IMG/VR virus record: IMGVR_UViG_3300042564_005422
DNA length: 64,000 nt
Source: an uncultured virus (IMG/VR IMGVR_UViG_3300042564_005422)
Taxonomy: Duplodnaviria > Heunggongvirae > Uroviricota > Caudoviricetes
Reading direction: 5' to 3' (one strand)
Part shown: in pieces, positions 29,117-38,561 of the stretch
Layout of the letters: every line of letters starts with the position of its first letter
How positions within the stretch are numbered: the stretch's first letter is position 1
Position numbers and translations under genes: made by a program
The notes under the pieces: model-generated
Database searches by the model: none
What the model was told of the DNA's origin: nothing
Seen by the model: the letters and a program-made list of their open reading frames with translations, nothing else

Positions 29117-30641
29117 AAAAATAATAAAATTAGGTAAGGTATTAGACGTTGATGGAGCATCTCAACCGGGTACTCTTAAAATAAGGGCATACCCGCAAGG
29201 AATTGATGAGACGGCATTAAATAAAACATCATTTACAAAATGGTCGGATAATGACCCATACGTTTTTGTTTCATTATTACCTATTTTTTTTAATCAAGCA
29301 CCTCAAGAAGGTGAGACTGTTTTATTGTTTTACGCAAATCCATTTGAGAGTACTTTTCAGGACCAATATTGGATACAATTTTCTCCGTCAAACATTTTAA
29401 ATATTGGAGGTGAGACATATGAACAAACTTTAGCAAATACAGGACAGGGAGATAATATATCTCAACCAAAATCTTTAGTTGGTCCATCATCAAATACAAA
29501 GGGTAAACCGTTTAATTACGGGTCTCCAAAATTAATTAACCAAAACATCGAAGGAGTTTTTCCTAAAAATTCAGAAGTTGCGGTTATGGGAAGAGGTACC
29601 TCAGATATGGTTTTAGGTGACGATAGTTTATTATTAAGAGCAGGTAAAGTTTATGAATTTGTACCTAATCAAATCCCAAAAAGAAATTTTAATAGAGCAT
29701 TTGTAAATTTATCACATTTTAAAGAAAAAATCACTACAAATCCCGAACCTACAATTTTTTTATATAACCAAACAGATTCTATACCTGTTAAAAAATTAAT
29801 AATTTACGATGTTGATAATTTAGAAAGTAACCCAAATCCTCCAGTTAACGGTACTTTTACGGGTAGTATTAAAATTTATGAATTATTAGAAAATGAAAAA
29901 ACTTTATCTAATAATATTAATCAAGATACTGATTTTTCAGACTGTATAGGTCGCACATTATTTGAGTACGATTTTAACTCGTTGACATTAATATCTGCAA
30001 CCACATTAATTAATACATTTTTAGAAAAATCGTTTGGTGATTTGGGATTGATTAATATACCACCAATGCCAAATTACCAAATAAAAGAGCCAAGATATCC
30101 ATCTTTCTTCTGTTTTGGTCCAAATATTTCAGATGGGTTAAGAAATTCAAATGCGATTATAAGTAAAAATTCAAATGATTTTAAAAATTTTGTAAAATAT
30201 TTTACATCTTCAGAATCGTCAATTGTTTATGGTAAAAATTTACTTGTACAACCACCAAAACCCAAAAAAGAAGAAGTTTATGAAAAAGAAGTTGAAAAAA
30301 TAGATGAAACTTATACAACCATAGGTGCCGACACAATATTTTTATTAAGTCATTTACAGTCAATCGGTACTGAGCAGGTAAATTTATCAAAAAGTATTGA
30401 TACATTAGGTATTGAAGATTTAGAATCTTTTGTTGATAAGACTAATTCTTCAGTTAGGGGAGAAAAATTATTAGATTTATTAGATTTAATAGTTGATTTT
30501 GTTACTGACCATATACACAACCCAAACGAAGCCCCCGATGAAGGTCCATACGGTGTTAGAAAATTAACTAAACAAAAGTTAAGAGATGCCTTAGCAGATG
30601 CTAGAAATACTGTTTTAAACCAAAATATTCGTATTAATTGA
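29106..30641 (+). CDS. Putative baseplate hub/spike protein (gp5/Vgr OB-fold-like N-terminus)
   Basis: G.VLDV...IRA...LLP...PQEGETVLLFY...YW, then GRG.SD..L...LLRAGK and C-terminal VRGEKL...HIH. Confidence 0.55.
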   Translation: MVNKKIIKLGKVLDVDGASQPGTLKIRAYPQGIDETALNKTSFTKWSDNDPYVFVSLLPIFFNQAPQEGETVLLFYANPFESTFQDQYWIQFSPSNILNIGGETYEQTLANTGQGDNISQPKSLVGPSSNTKGKPFNYGSPKLINQNIEGVFPKNSEVAVMGRGTSDMVLGDDSLLLRAGKVYEFVPNQIPKRNFNRAFVNLSHFKEKITTNPEPTIFLYNQTDSIPVKKLIIYDVDNLESNPNPPVNGTFTGSIKIYELLENEKTLSNNINQDTDFSDCIGRTLFEYDFNSLTLISATTLINTFLEKSFGDLGLINIPPMPNYQIKEPRYPSFFCFGPNISDGLRNSNAIISKNSNDFKNFVKYFTSSESSIVYGKNLLVQPPKPKKEEVYEKEVEKIDETYTTIGADTIFLLSHLQSIGTEQVNLSKSIDTLGIEDLESFVDKTNSSVRGEKLLDLLDLIVDFVTDHIHNPNEAPDEGPYGVRKLTKQKLRDALADARNTVLNQNIRIN

Positions 30642-30665
30642 TATTTATAAATAAACCATTTATAA

Positions 30666-32159
30666 ATGTCAGTTCATAAATCTTATTTTAGCAAGAATAA
30701 TACATTATTATATAATAGTTATACTAACACAGGTAGGAATCCTGTTACCCAACTTTATTTTGGACCGACCTCGGATTCATTCACAAATACATCTTATTCA
30801 AGATTTATTTTTAATTTAGATTTAAGTGATTTAATACAAAAATATAATAATGGAGTAATTTCAACTGACTGTAATGGTCAAATAACTCATACATTAAGAA
30901 TGACAAATACTTCATCTTTTGATGAAGAGTTATTAAACACCAAAGATTCCGAAGGGGTAAAAAGAGCAACTTCTTTTGATTTAATATTATTTAGAATACC
31001 CCCAACTTATAATCAAAATAACAATTTTGTAACTTGGGATGAAGGTGTTGGGTACGACTTTTATCCAACTAATAAAACTTCTAATACCCCAACAGGAGTT
31101 TTAACACCGAGTGAAGAAATTAATGATAAATCTTTTTCAGAAAGACCATCAAATTGGTATAATTTAACTACAACAACCACTTGGAGAACACCAGGTATAT
31201 ACGACAATACTAACTCAGCTACAGGTAATGGTATAAATTACTCCGCAATAACAATTGTTGATACCCAACATTTTGAATTTGGTAATGAAGATATTGAATT
31301 CAATATGACCTCAGAGGTAAATGCAATTTTAAATGGTGCGGAAGTTGCGGGTTGGGGAATTGCATTTTTACCTGACTTAGAAACGTTAACAGGTTTAACC
31401 GAAAACTATGTTGTTGGTTTTTTTACAAGACATACTCAAACTTTTTATGAACCATATTTAGAAACTAATTATAATGATTTAATTGATGATGATAGAAATT
31501 CTTTTTATGGTAACACAACAAATAATTTATATTTATATTCTTATATTAATGGTGATTTCACAAATTTAGATACAACTCCTTTAGTTGATATAATTAGTAA
31601 CAATGGGTCGGTTTTATTCCAAGATTTATCAACTTGTTTAGTTACTAAAGGGATATACAAAGTTGAAATTCCTCCTATTACAATTAATAGTCCTTGTACA
31701 TATAATGATGTATGGAAAAATTTGGAATACAATAATAATAATTTACCGTCAATAACAAATGATTTTATTGCTTTACCATTTTCACAATCTTTTCAAATTG
31801 GTATACAAAGTAAGGACCCTAAACTATATGGATTTGATTTTTACGGAATTAAACAAGACGAAAAAATATTAAATACTGACGTAAGGAAAGTAGGTGTGAT
31901 TATTAAAAAGGCTTATTCAAATAATGAGACGTTACAAAAAGTAAAATCATATTATAGAATTTATGTTAGAGAAGGACAAACAGAAGTTCAAGTACAAGAT
32001 TGGACTCAAATTAATCGGACTTCAAATGAATTTTATTTTATTTTCGACACTAGAGATAAAATACCAAACGAATATTTTGTAGATATAAAAGTATTAACTT
32101 CAGGTGAAATAGATACTTATAAAAGAACATTAAAGTTTCAAATAGTTAATAAAAAATGA
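30666..32159 (+). CDS. Probable virion structural protein
   Basis: 497-aa Asn/Thr-rich, beta-rich ORF with TATTTAT upstream. Confidence 0.6.
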   Translation: MSVHKSYFSKNNTLLYNSYTNTGRNPVTQLYFGPTSDSFTNTSYSRFIFNLDLSDLIQKYNNGVISTDCNGQITHTLRMTNTSSFDEELLNTKDSEGVKRATSFDLILFRIPPTYNQNNNFVTWDEGVGYDFYPTNKTSNTPTGVLTPSEEINDKSFSERPSNWYNLTTTTTWRTPGIYDNTNSATGNGINYSAITIVDTQHFEFGNEDIEFNMTSEVNAILNGAEVAGWGIAFLPDLETLTGLTENYVVGFFTRHTQTFYEPYLETNYNDLIDDDRNSFYGNTTNNLYLYSYINGDFTNLDTTPLVDIISNNGSVLFQDLSTCLVTKGIYKVEIPPITINSPCTYNDVWKNLEYNNNNLPSITNDFIALPFSQSFQIGIQSKDPKLYGFDFYGIKQDEKILNTDVRKVGVIIKKAYSNNETLQKVKSYYRIYVREGQTEVQVQDWTQINRTSNEFYFIFDTRDKIPNEYFVDIKVLTSGEIDTYKRTLKFQIVNKK

Positions 32160-32662
32160 GAAAATTAATACTTAAAGAATCTCAATTAAAATTTATAATA
32201 GATACATTTTTATCTGAGGGGATGGGAGAAATTGACGCAATACTTGACAAAATTAATTCATCAGGTATGAAATCTTTAACCGATAAAGAAAAAAAATATC
32301 TTGACCACTATTCATTAAATAATGAGTTTTTAGACGATGAAGAATTAACAACTTCAAAAGAATTGGTTAAAAGTGGTGAAACTTGGAGATTTGACGAATC
32401 TCCCGGAATTCCGTCAATGTCATTTAAGTATGAGGTAACTGAACAAAATTTAGATGAAATTATTCATTCAGGTTATTTTACAATTAGTGGTGATGAATAT
32501 TATGGTGAGATTTATTGTACTTCTGATGGTGAATATTCAGTTTGTAATTTTGAATCTAATGATGGTGAAAATTTGTTTGAAAAATATGAGGGTTTAGAAA
32601 GAGAAATAGAATCTTTTCTTTCTATAATTTGTGACCAATTAAAAGAAGAATTAAAAGGATAA
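32156..32662 (+). CDS. Hypothetical acidic protein
   Basis: Starts MRKLILKESQLKFII; contains IDAILDKINSSGMKSLTDKEKKYL. Confidence 0.7.
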   Translation: MRKLILKESQLKFIIDTFLSEGMGEIDAILDKINSSGMKSLTDKEKKYLDHYSLNNEFLDDEELTTSKELVKSGETWRFDESPGIPSMSFKYEVTEQNLDEIIHSGYFTISGDEYYGEIYCTSDGEYSVCNFESNDGENLFEKYEGLEREIESFLSIICDQLKEELKG

Positions 32663-32663
32663 T

Positions 32664-33188
32664 ATGGAAAAATTAATTAAAAAAATTTTAAAAGAAGAAT
32701 CTGAAAGATATATGTTTTTCAGTAATTTAGAACAAATGAGAAGACAATGTGGTTTATTGTTAGATTTAGACCGTAATATGGTTGAGGAGATTCTATCTAA
32801 TGGACATGATTGGGCTCAAGACCATATTGCTGAGGCAAAAAACAATATGGACCAAGTATTTGACTTTCTAATGAATGAAACAAAAAAAGATGGTATGGAA
32901 TTGTCTATGAATGTAGATGATGGTGATATGATGGAAAATGACAATGTTTTAGACGATATGTCAATGGCGATGGATAATGAAAACCCTGATGAAGCCTTGG
33001 CGTTATATCAAATGAATGAAGGTCGTAAAAAGTCAGGAACAAAACTTTGTTCTCGTGGTAAATCCGCAGCAAAATCAAAGTTTAAAGTTTACCCTAGTGC
33101 ATACGCTAACGGATACGCAGTTCAGGTTTGTAAAGGAAGAATGCCAGGTTTAGATGGTAAGAAAAAATGTTCATCACCTTATTGTTAA
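32664..33188 (+). CDS. Hypothetical protein with acidic middle and basic Cys-containing C-terminus
   Basis: 174-aa ORF; C-terminus KFKVYPSAYANGYAVQVCKG. Confidence 0.7.
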   Translation: MEKLIKKILKEESERYMFFSNLEQMRRQCGLLLDLDRNMVEEILSNGHDWAQDHIAEAKNNMDQVFDFLMNETKKDGMELSMNVDDGDMMENDNVLDDMSMAMDNENPDEALALYQMNEGRKKSGTKLCSRGKSAAKSKFKVYPSAYANGYAVQVCKGRMPGLDGKKKCSSPYC

Positions 33189-33232
33189 ATTAAAATTTTT
33201 GCAATATCTTTGTAGACATAAATAAATAAAAA

Positions 33233-33631
33233 ATGTCACTAAAAAGATTAATTGCCCGTTACAAAATTTTTGTTAGAAGTATCAATGAAAGTGAACTTAG
33301 AAAACTTCAAAGGACACGTATAAATCAATGTACCGCAATTTGTAGAAGATTGATTCACAATCCTAATTCTGAGTTGTTAATTGCCCCGATTTCTCGTAAA
33401 AAATACATTAAAAACGAGCAATATGGTATTTTTATTACTATGGAAGATGGTGAGGTAACAATTACTAACCATACTTATAGTTATTTTATTAAACTACCTG
33501 ATATTGATTGGTCAAAATTAAAAGACTTTTTCAAAAAAGAGATGGAAGAAAGGGCTTTACAGATGGAAAAAGATTTAGATGTACAAATCAAACATTCTTT
33601 AGAAACTATCTATTCTAAAATTTGTAATTAA
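33233..33631 (+). CDS. Hypothetical protein
   Basis: 132-aa ORF preceded by TTG-N20-TATCTTTG. Confidence 0.7.
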   Translation: MSLKRLIARYKIFVRSINESELRKLQRTRINQCTAICRRLIHNPNSELLIAPISRKKYIKNEQYGIFITMEDGEVTITNHTYSYFIKLPDIDWSKLKDFFKKEMEERALQMEKDLDVQIKHSLETIYSKICN

Positions 33632-34024
33632 TTACTCAAAAATAATATCCTCAACTTGAGGATTTTTTTTGATGAAGTGTTTGGTTACAGCTCCTGATAT
33701 TGCATTTGCAAAATTTTCAGATTCTCCCCCAACTTCTCTCCTATCTTCAAAATTAATATGTTCGTTATCAAAAGCGTGCCCCCATTCATGGGATAACGTT
33801 CTTAACAAATCGGCAAGTAACCTATTTTTAATTAAGACTTTAATAATGTGTTTACTCTTTTTATAAGAACCTGTTGTCATTTTACCAACTCTCTCATCTA
33901 AAAAGACAATTTTTATCTTGTTTGAAAGTGGCATTATTTTTTGTAATAACTGAATAAATTTACCAAGTACTTTTAGTTCCTTACTAGTTAAAGTGTTTTT
34001 TGGGTATTTTAAACAAACTTTCAT
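33632..34024 (-). CDS. Small HExxH zincin-like metalloprotein
   Basis: LRTLSHEWGH...E.FANA. Confidence 0.65.
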   Translation of the reverse strand: MKVCLKYPKNTLTSKELKVLGKFIQLLQKIMPLSNKIKIVFLDERVGKMTTGSYKKSKHIIKVLIKNRLLADLLRTLSHEWGHAFDNEHINFEDRREVGGESENFANAISGAVTKHFIKKNPQVEDIIFE

Positions 34025-34096
34025 TTTTTTAATAAATATTTTGAATAATCAAAATTTTTAAGTAACTTTACAATATAAAATTAAATATTTATAAGT

Positions 34097-34348
34097 ATGA
34101 AATCTTTTATTTTTTTATTATCAGTTGTTTTTCTATTGTCCTCTTGTACATCAAACAAAGAATGTTGTAAACAAACAAAAACTTGTGTTATTGAAAATCA
34201 AGAAAAACATTCTGATGATTGGTACTCACAACAAACTTTAGCGAGACACCTTAAAAAATTACCTAAAGGTGAGTTTGACAAATTTGTTGGTTTGTATTTT
34301 ACAACTAATGATGATTTACAAAAATTAGATTCTTTAACTACAAAATAA
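34097..34348 (+). CDS. Small lipoprotein
   Basis: MK, hydrophobic core and LSSC lipobox. Confidence 0.7.
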   Translation: MKSFIFLLSVVFLLSSCTSNKECCKQTKTCVIENQEKHSDDWYSQQTLARHLKKLPKGEFDKFVGLYFTTNDDLQKLDSLTTK

Positions 34349-34353
34349 TAAAA

Positions 34354-35655
34354 TTACTTTGTTGGTTTTAATGAAACAATATCATTTGTTTTTGCAAAAT
34401 TATCTGAATTATCGTTATCTTTTGTGAAGAAGACTCCACAATAAAACTTTCTATTTAGATGGTAGGTTTTTAAAAAACTAAAATTTGATACGTTCTTATA
34501 TCCTCGTTGTTCTAAAACTTTAACCAACTCAGGGTTTTCAATTTTTACTGTTGTAAATTTTTGTTGTACGGATTCTTGTTTATAAGGTTCAAGACTAGTC
34601 TTCTCAAAAACATAAATTGTCTCTTCTTTATCATTTAAAGTTTGTGTACCTTTATTCACAAATTTTAAATTTTTAAATTGTATTCCTGGAGAACTTGGGT
34701 TATCAGGTTCTATACATGATAAAGTTATTGGTAATGTATTTTGTTCATTAAGATAATAAACCAAGTTCTTTAATTGTGATTCTGTAATTTTAATTTTTTT
34801 TGACATATTTTCATTTGTTTTATGAGAAACCATTTTAGGTTTATTACCTGTACCTGATTTTGAATGAGTTTTTTCTGCTCTTCTTTTTTGTTGACACGCG
34901 TTTCTTTTTTCTGAATCTGACATTTTCCCAGCAACGCCCGCAGCTCTACATTTTGGGTAAGCTCTATCAGTTGCCTGAGGTCTTCCGCAAGGTGGATGTT
35001 TACCATCTACTTTTTTACAAATATTAACCCAAGGACCTTTAGGTTGTTTACTACCTTTTGGTTTCTTTTTTTTACCAAACCAAACTGCTAAATCCTCATT
35101 AACTACATCTTTATTTTCTTTAGGTGTTATTATTTTTTTTGACTTACCTTTTTTTGGGTGTGGTTTTTCCATATATCCATGTTTGAATGATACTTTACCA
35201 CCAATGTTACCTAATTTACCTTTTTCATTATGGTCATGAGTGGAATGATATACATATGGTGCCATAGTATGTTTATCCCATTTAATTGGCTCAAAACTTA
35301 ATGGTGCGCTATATTCACCTCCATCATTATATGTTGCTTCTTTAATATTGACATCATTTAAAACATTACCATCATCATCGTTTTGAGTTGGGTGTTTATC
35401 ATAATATTTAGATATTTTTCTTGAGATTCTCTCTTTTTCCTTTGCATTTTTAGTGTCAATATTTCCATCTAACGCGTCAACATATAATTCTGCGTTATCG
35501 TACCCATTAAGTTTTTCAGTAAACGCACCCATTTCTTTTTTCTTCCACAATCTTAATCCGGGTCTCATTGGTACGTTATAAAATCCTGCTGCTGAACTTG
35601 AGTTGGTTTCTTTTATTATCTCCCTTATTTTTTTTATTAAATGGGTTTCTTTCAT
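34354..35655 (-). CDS. Hypothetical modular protein with a basic Cys-rich internal domain
   Basis: 433-aa ORF with WVNIC...PCGR...YPKCR; segments are bounded by [ILV]xE motifs. Confidence 0.7.
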   Translation of the reverse strand: MKETHLIKKIREIIKETNSSSAAGFYNVPMRPGLRLWKKKEMGAFTEKLNGYDNAELYVDALDGNIDTKNAKEKERISRKISKYYDKHPTQNDDDGNVLNDVNIKEATYNDGGEYSAPLSFEPIKWDKHTMAPYVYHSTHDHNEKGKLGNIGGKVSFKHGYMEKPHPKKGKSKKIITPKENKDVVNEDLAVWFGKKKKPKGSKQPKGPWVNICKKVDGKHPPCGRPQATDRAYPKCRAAGVAGKMSDSEKRNACQQKRRAEKTHSKSGTGNKPKMVSHKTNENMSKKIKITESQLKNLVYYLNEQNTLPITLSCIEPDNPSSPGIQFKNLKFVNKGTQTLNDKEETIYVFEKTSLEPYKQESVQQKFTTVKIENPELVKVLEQRGYKNVSNFSFLKTYHLNRKFYCGVFFTKDNDNSDNFAKTNDIVSLKPTK

Positions 35656-35671
35656 TATTAATCAATATTAC

Positions 35672-35685
35672 TATTTATATAAATA
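35672..35685. promoter_or_regulatory. Palindromic double TATTTAT motif between divergent genes
   Basis: TATTTATATAAATA is a perfect palindrome between ATG 35655(-) and ATG 35694(+). Confidence 0.55.
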
Positions 35686-35693
35686 TATCACCT

Positions 35694-35906
35694 ATGGATA
35701 ATACTCATGAAGAAAAAATACCAAATCAAACAATTTTTGAAACAATAAATTATAATCCAAATGAAGATTTATCCTTTTTAATACAAAATTTAACTGACCC
35801 CCAAAAAAAAGACTTAATCCGAAGAATTCTAAATTATTCTTACAAACAGGGTATTTATAGTTTATCGGAGGCGGAATTTATTTCCGTACTTATTAGATAT
35901 TTATAA
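35694..35906 (+). CDS. Hypothetical protein
   Basis: Start moved from track position 35568, which overlaps the divergent gene, to ATG 35694 (MDNTHEEK...). Confidence 0.65.
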   Translation: MDNTHEEKIPNQTIFETINYNPNEDLSFLIQNLTDPQKKDLIRRILNYSYKQGIYSLSEAEFISVLIRYL

Positions 35907-35909
35907 ATA

Positions 35910-37493
35910 ATGGGAAAGTTAATTATTTCTGAATCTGAAAAAAATGATATTTTAAAAAAATATGGTTTATTAACTGAAAAAGTTAATAGAGATTTACCTT
36001 CTGATATTAAATCATCTTTATCAAGTGTTGAATCAAAGTACAATACTACAATTAATGATAAACATGTGGATGATGAGATGAAACAAGAAGGTCAGTACTA
36101 TGAAGACAATGGTGGGGAGGTTTCAAAGGCAAAAATCCAAATATCAAAATTGTTATCATCATTAAAAAAAGAATTTCCTGAGGTGTCATCTAAAGCTACC
36201 GTGGTCTCATCATATAGAAGTTATTCCAAACAAGTCGATACATTTGGTGGTAAAATAAAAAGGGATGGTGGTGTGTCACAAAGACAAAAGTATTCTGCGT
36301 TACCCGGATTTTCTCAACATCATACAGGAAAGGCATTTGATATAATAAGTGTTGAACCGTCTTGGTGGAATCAGAATTCAGATGTTAAAAAATGGGTTGA
36401 AAATAATTGTGGAAAATTTGGTTTTAAAGTATCTTATTTAAGAGATGGTGTACTGCGTAAAGCAGAACCTTGGCATTTATTTTATGTCGGGGGAGAGTCT
36501 TTAAATAGTGGGGGTAAAACAGAAGTTATACCGAATTCTAAAATTGATGATTATTATAAAAGTGATAAAGTAGACCCTAAACTTGAAAAAGAAACCGTAA
36601 AACAATTTAAGAAGTCTGGTTGTCAACCAACAAAGTCATATTCAGAGTCCCCAACGTTAGAACAAATTAAAAAAGGGGATGTTGTAATGAGAATTGGTCA
36701 TATGGGGTCACCAGTTACCGAAATTCAGAACATCTTGAACCGTTTGAACTATGACTTAGGTAAGTGTGGAGTTGATGGTTTATTTGGTCCTAAAACTAAA
36801 AAGGCATTAGAAACTTTTCAAGAAGACCAATCATTAACTGTATCATCATCAGTAGATAAAAAAACTTTGGAGAGACTTCAAGACCCTAAAAAAGTTCAAA
36901 CAAAACCATCAGAAACTAATTCAGAAGTGACAGGAGATAATGAATATGTGATTATTAAATCTGATTCATATAAAGGTAATCAAGTACACGTATTTTTTGG
37001 GGGAGCTCATACTTCAGGATACTCAAAGGGTACCGCAAATCGTTCCGCAATGGAAAAATACATACCTTATTTGAGACCTTACAGTAATAATAAAATAATT
37101 GTAATTACTCACCATTTTAATAATTTAAACAACGTTAAAAAATACGTAAAAGAAAAATTTGGTGGAGTGGTATCATCTATTGCAGGATTTTCACAAGGTG
37201 GACGAGAAACATGGAATTATGCTCAAGATAGTAGTTTAAAATTAGTCGGTTTAATTGACCCATCAACATACGAAACAGGAATATCTTTTGGACCAAATAC
37301 TTATTTGGTTTGTGACCCAAAAAATTGGGGAACTACTGGATTTTATGGACAAACAAGAAAAAGATTAGAATGGTACTGTTCAAATAAAGATAAAGGTTCT
37401 TATTCAGGACACGTATTCTGTACTAAAGGGTACGCTCATATGAATTTTGCAATCCTTAAATATTTCTATGAAAAATTTGGAGATAAGATATGA
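35910..37493 (+). CDS. Multidomain cell-wall enzyme: M15B/VanY-like peptidase, peptidoglycan-binding domain and alpha/beta-hydrolase-like C-terminus
   Basis: SSYRS..Q, PGFSQHHTG.AFDI and EPWH; G..V.EIQ..L...GVDGLFGPKT..AL..FQ; GFSQGG nucleophile elbow. Confidence 0.85.
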   Translation: MGKLIISESEKNDILKKYGLLTEKVNRDLPSDIKSSLSSVESKYNTTINDKHVDDEMKQEGQYYEDNGGEVSKAKIQISKLLSSLKKEFPEVSSKATVVSSYRSYSKQVDTFGGKIKRDGGVSQRQKYSALPGFSQHHTGKAFDIISVEPSWWNQNSDVKKWVENNCGKFGFKVSYLRDGVLRKAEPWHLFYVGGESLNSGGKTEVIPNSKIDDYYKSDKVDPKLEKETVKQFKKSGCQPTKSYSESPTLEQIKKGDVVMRIGHMGSPVTEIQNILNRLNYDLGKCGVDGLFGPKTKKALETFQEDQSLTVSSSVDKKTLERLQDPKKVQTKPSETNSEVTGDNEYVIIKSDSYKGNQVHVFFGGAHTSGYSKGTANRSAMEKYIPYLRPYSNNKIIVITHHFNNLNNVKKYVKEKFGGVVSSIAGFSQGGRETWNYAQDSSLKLVGLIDPSTYETGISFGPNTYLVCDPKNWGTTGFYGQTRKRLEWYCSNKDKGSYSGHVFCTKGYAHMNFAILKYFYEKFGDKI

Positions 37494-38257
37494 AAATTAA
37501 AGTTACTGAAGAACAATTAAAAAAAATTGTAAATTATAATATCACTGAACAAAATGATAGTAATATTGTTGGTGATTCGTTCATACAAGCAATGCTTGAT
37601 AGGGTGAAAAAAAGAATTGGGGGTAAATTAATTAACAAAGATGATAAAGATTCTTCTAATACATCTGACACATCTACCAATAATGGTTCAGACAATTCAT
37701 TTGGTACAATATCAGGAGATTTTAAAAAAATGACTGAATTAGTTATTAATAAATTAGAAGGTGGATATTTTAACCCACAATGGCATAAATCTTCAGGAAT
37801 GGGTGACTCAGGTGAAACTATGTTTGGAATTGATAGGAAACACGGAGGAACATTAAATACAAGCAATGCCGGTGTTGAATTTTGGAATTTGATTGATGGG
37901 AATAAAAATAGAAGAGTTTGGAAACGTTATTATAGAGGTGGTAATTTAGAACAAAAACTAATAGACCTGGTGGTTAAAATAATGGAACCTCATTTTAATA
38001 AACTTGCTGATAAATACTTATCTCCTGAGGCTAAAAATATTGTTATGAAAAGTAACGCGTTATTATTCCACTTTATATACGCTTCTTGGAATGGCTCAGG
38101 ATTTTTTCAAAAATTTGCAAACGCAATTAATGAAGAGGTGGAAAAAGGTAATACGTCAGTATCTGAACTTAAAAAAGTTGCGGTTCAGTCAAGAAGAAAT
38201 AGTGCAGTTTCTGGAAGTGCATCTAAGATTGAAAATATAATGAATAGTTTATCTTAA
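37490..38257 (+). CDS. GH108-like lysozyme-fold protein
   Basis: LEGGY...D.GETMFGI N-terminal catalytic signature. Confidence 0.65.
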   Translation: MKIKVTEEQLKKIVNYNITEQNDSNIVGDSFIQAMLDRVKKRIGGKLINKDDKDSSNTSDTSTNNGSDNSFGTISGDFKKMTELVINKLEGGYFNPQWHKSSGMGDSGETMFGIDRKHGGTLNTSNAGVEFWNLIDGNKNRRVWKRYYRGGNLEQKLIDLVVKIMEPHFNKLADKYLSPEAKNIVMKSNALLFHFIYASWNGSGFFQKFANAINEEVEKGNTSVSELKKVAVQSRRNSAVSGSASKIENIMNSLS

Positions 38258-38274
38258 CAATTAAATTATAATTG

Positions 38275-38463
38275 TTAACTATTTAAACCATTAAATCCTC
38301 CTAAAGTAACCGCACTATAATCAACTATAATGTCATTAGAGTTTGTCGGACTACCCGCAATAGGATGTGGAACTTGTGTACTACCTGAGTAAACACCTCC
38401 ATTAAACGCTCCTTGTTTTTCATTAGTGTAGTTATAGAATGTATTTGCACTTAATATTGCCAT
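38275..38463 (-). CDS. Small Gly/Asn-rich protein downstream of the major capsid gene
   Basis: 62-aa ORF with its own TATTTAT (38496-38502) after the capsid-gene terminator. Confidence 0.6.
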   Translation of the reverse strand: MAILSANTFYNYTNEKQGAFNGGVYSGSTQVPHPIAGSPTNSNDIIVDYSAVTLGGFNGLNS

Positions 38464-38513
38464 AATTGTATTTCTTAATTTTTATTTAATATTTTATAAA
38501 TAGTTTAATAAAT

Positions 38514-38542
38514 AAAAAAGGTCAGATTTCTCTGACCTTTTT
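38514..38542 (-). terminator. Rho-independent terminator after the major capsid gene
   Basis: AAAAAAGGTCAGA-TTTC-TCTGACCTTTTT inverted repeat. Confidence 0.85.
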
Positions 38543-38561
38543 ATATTTGGTTTAAGATAGA

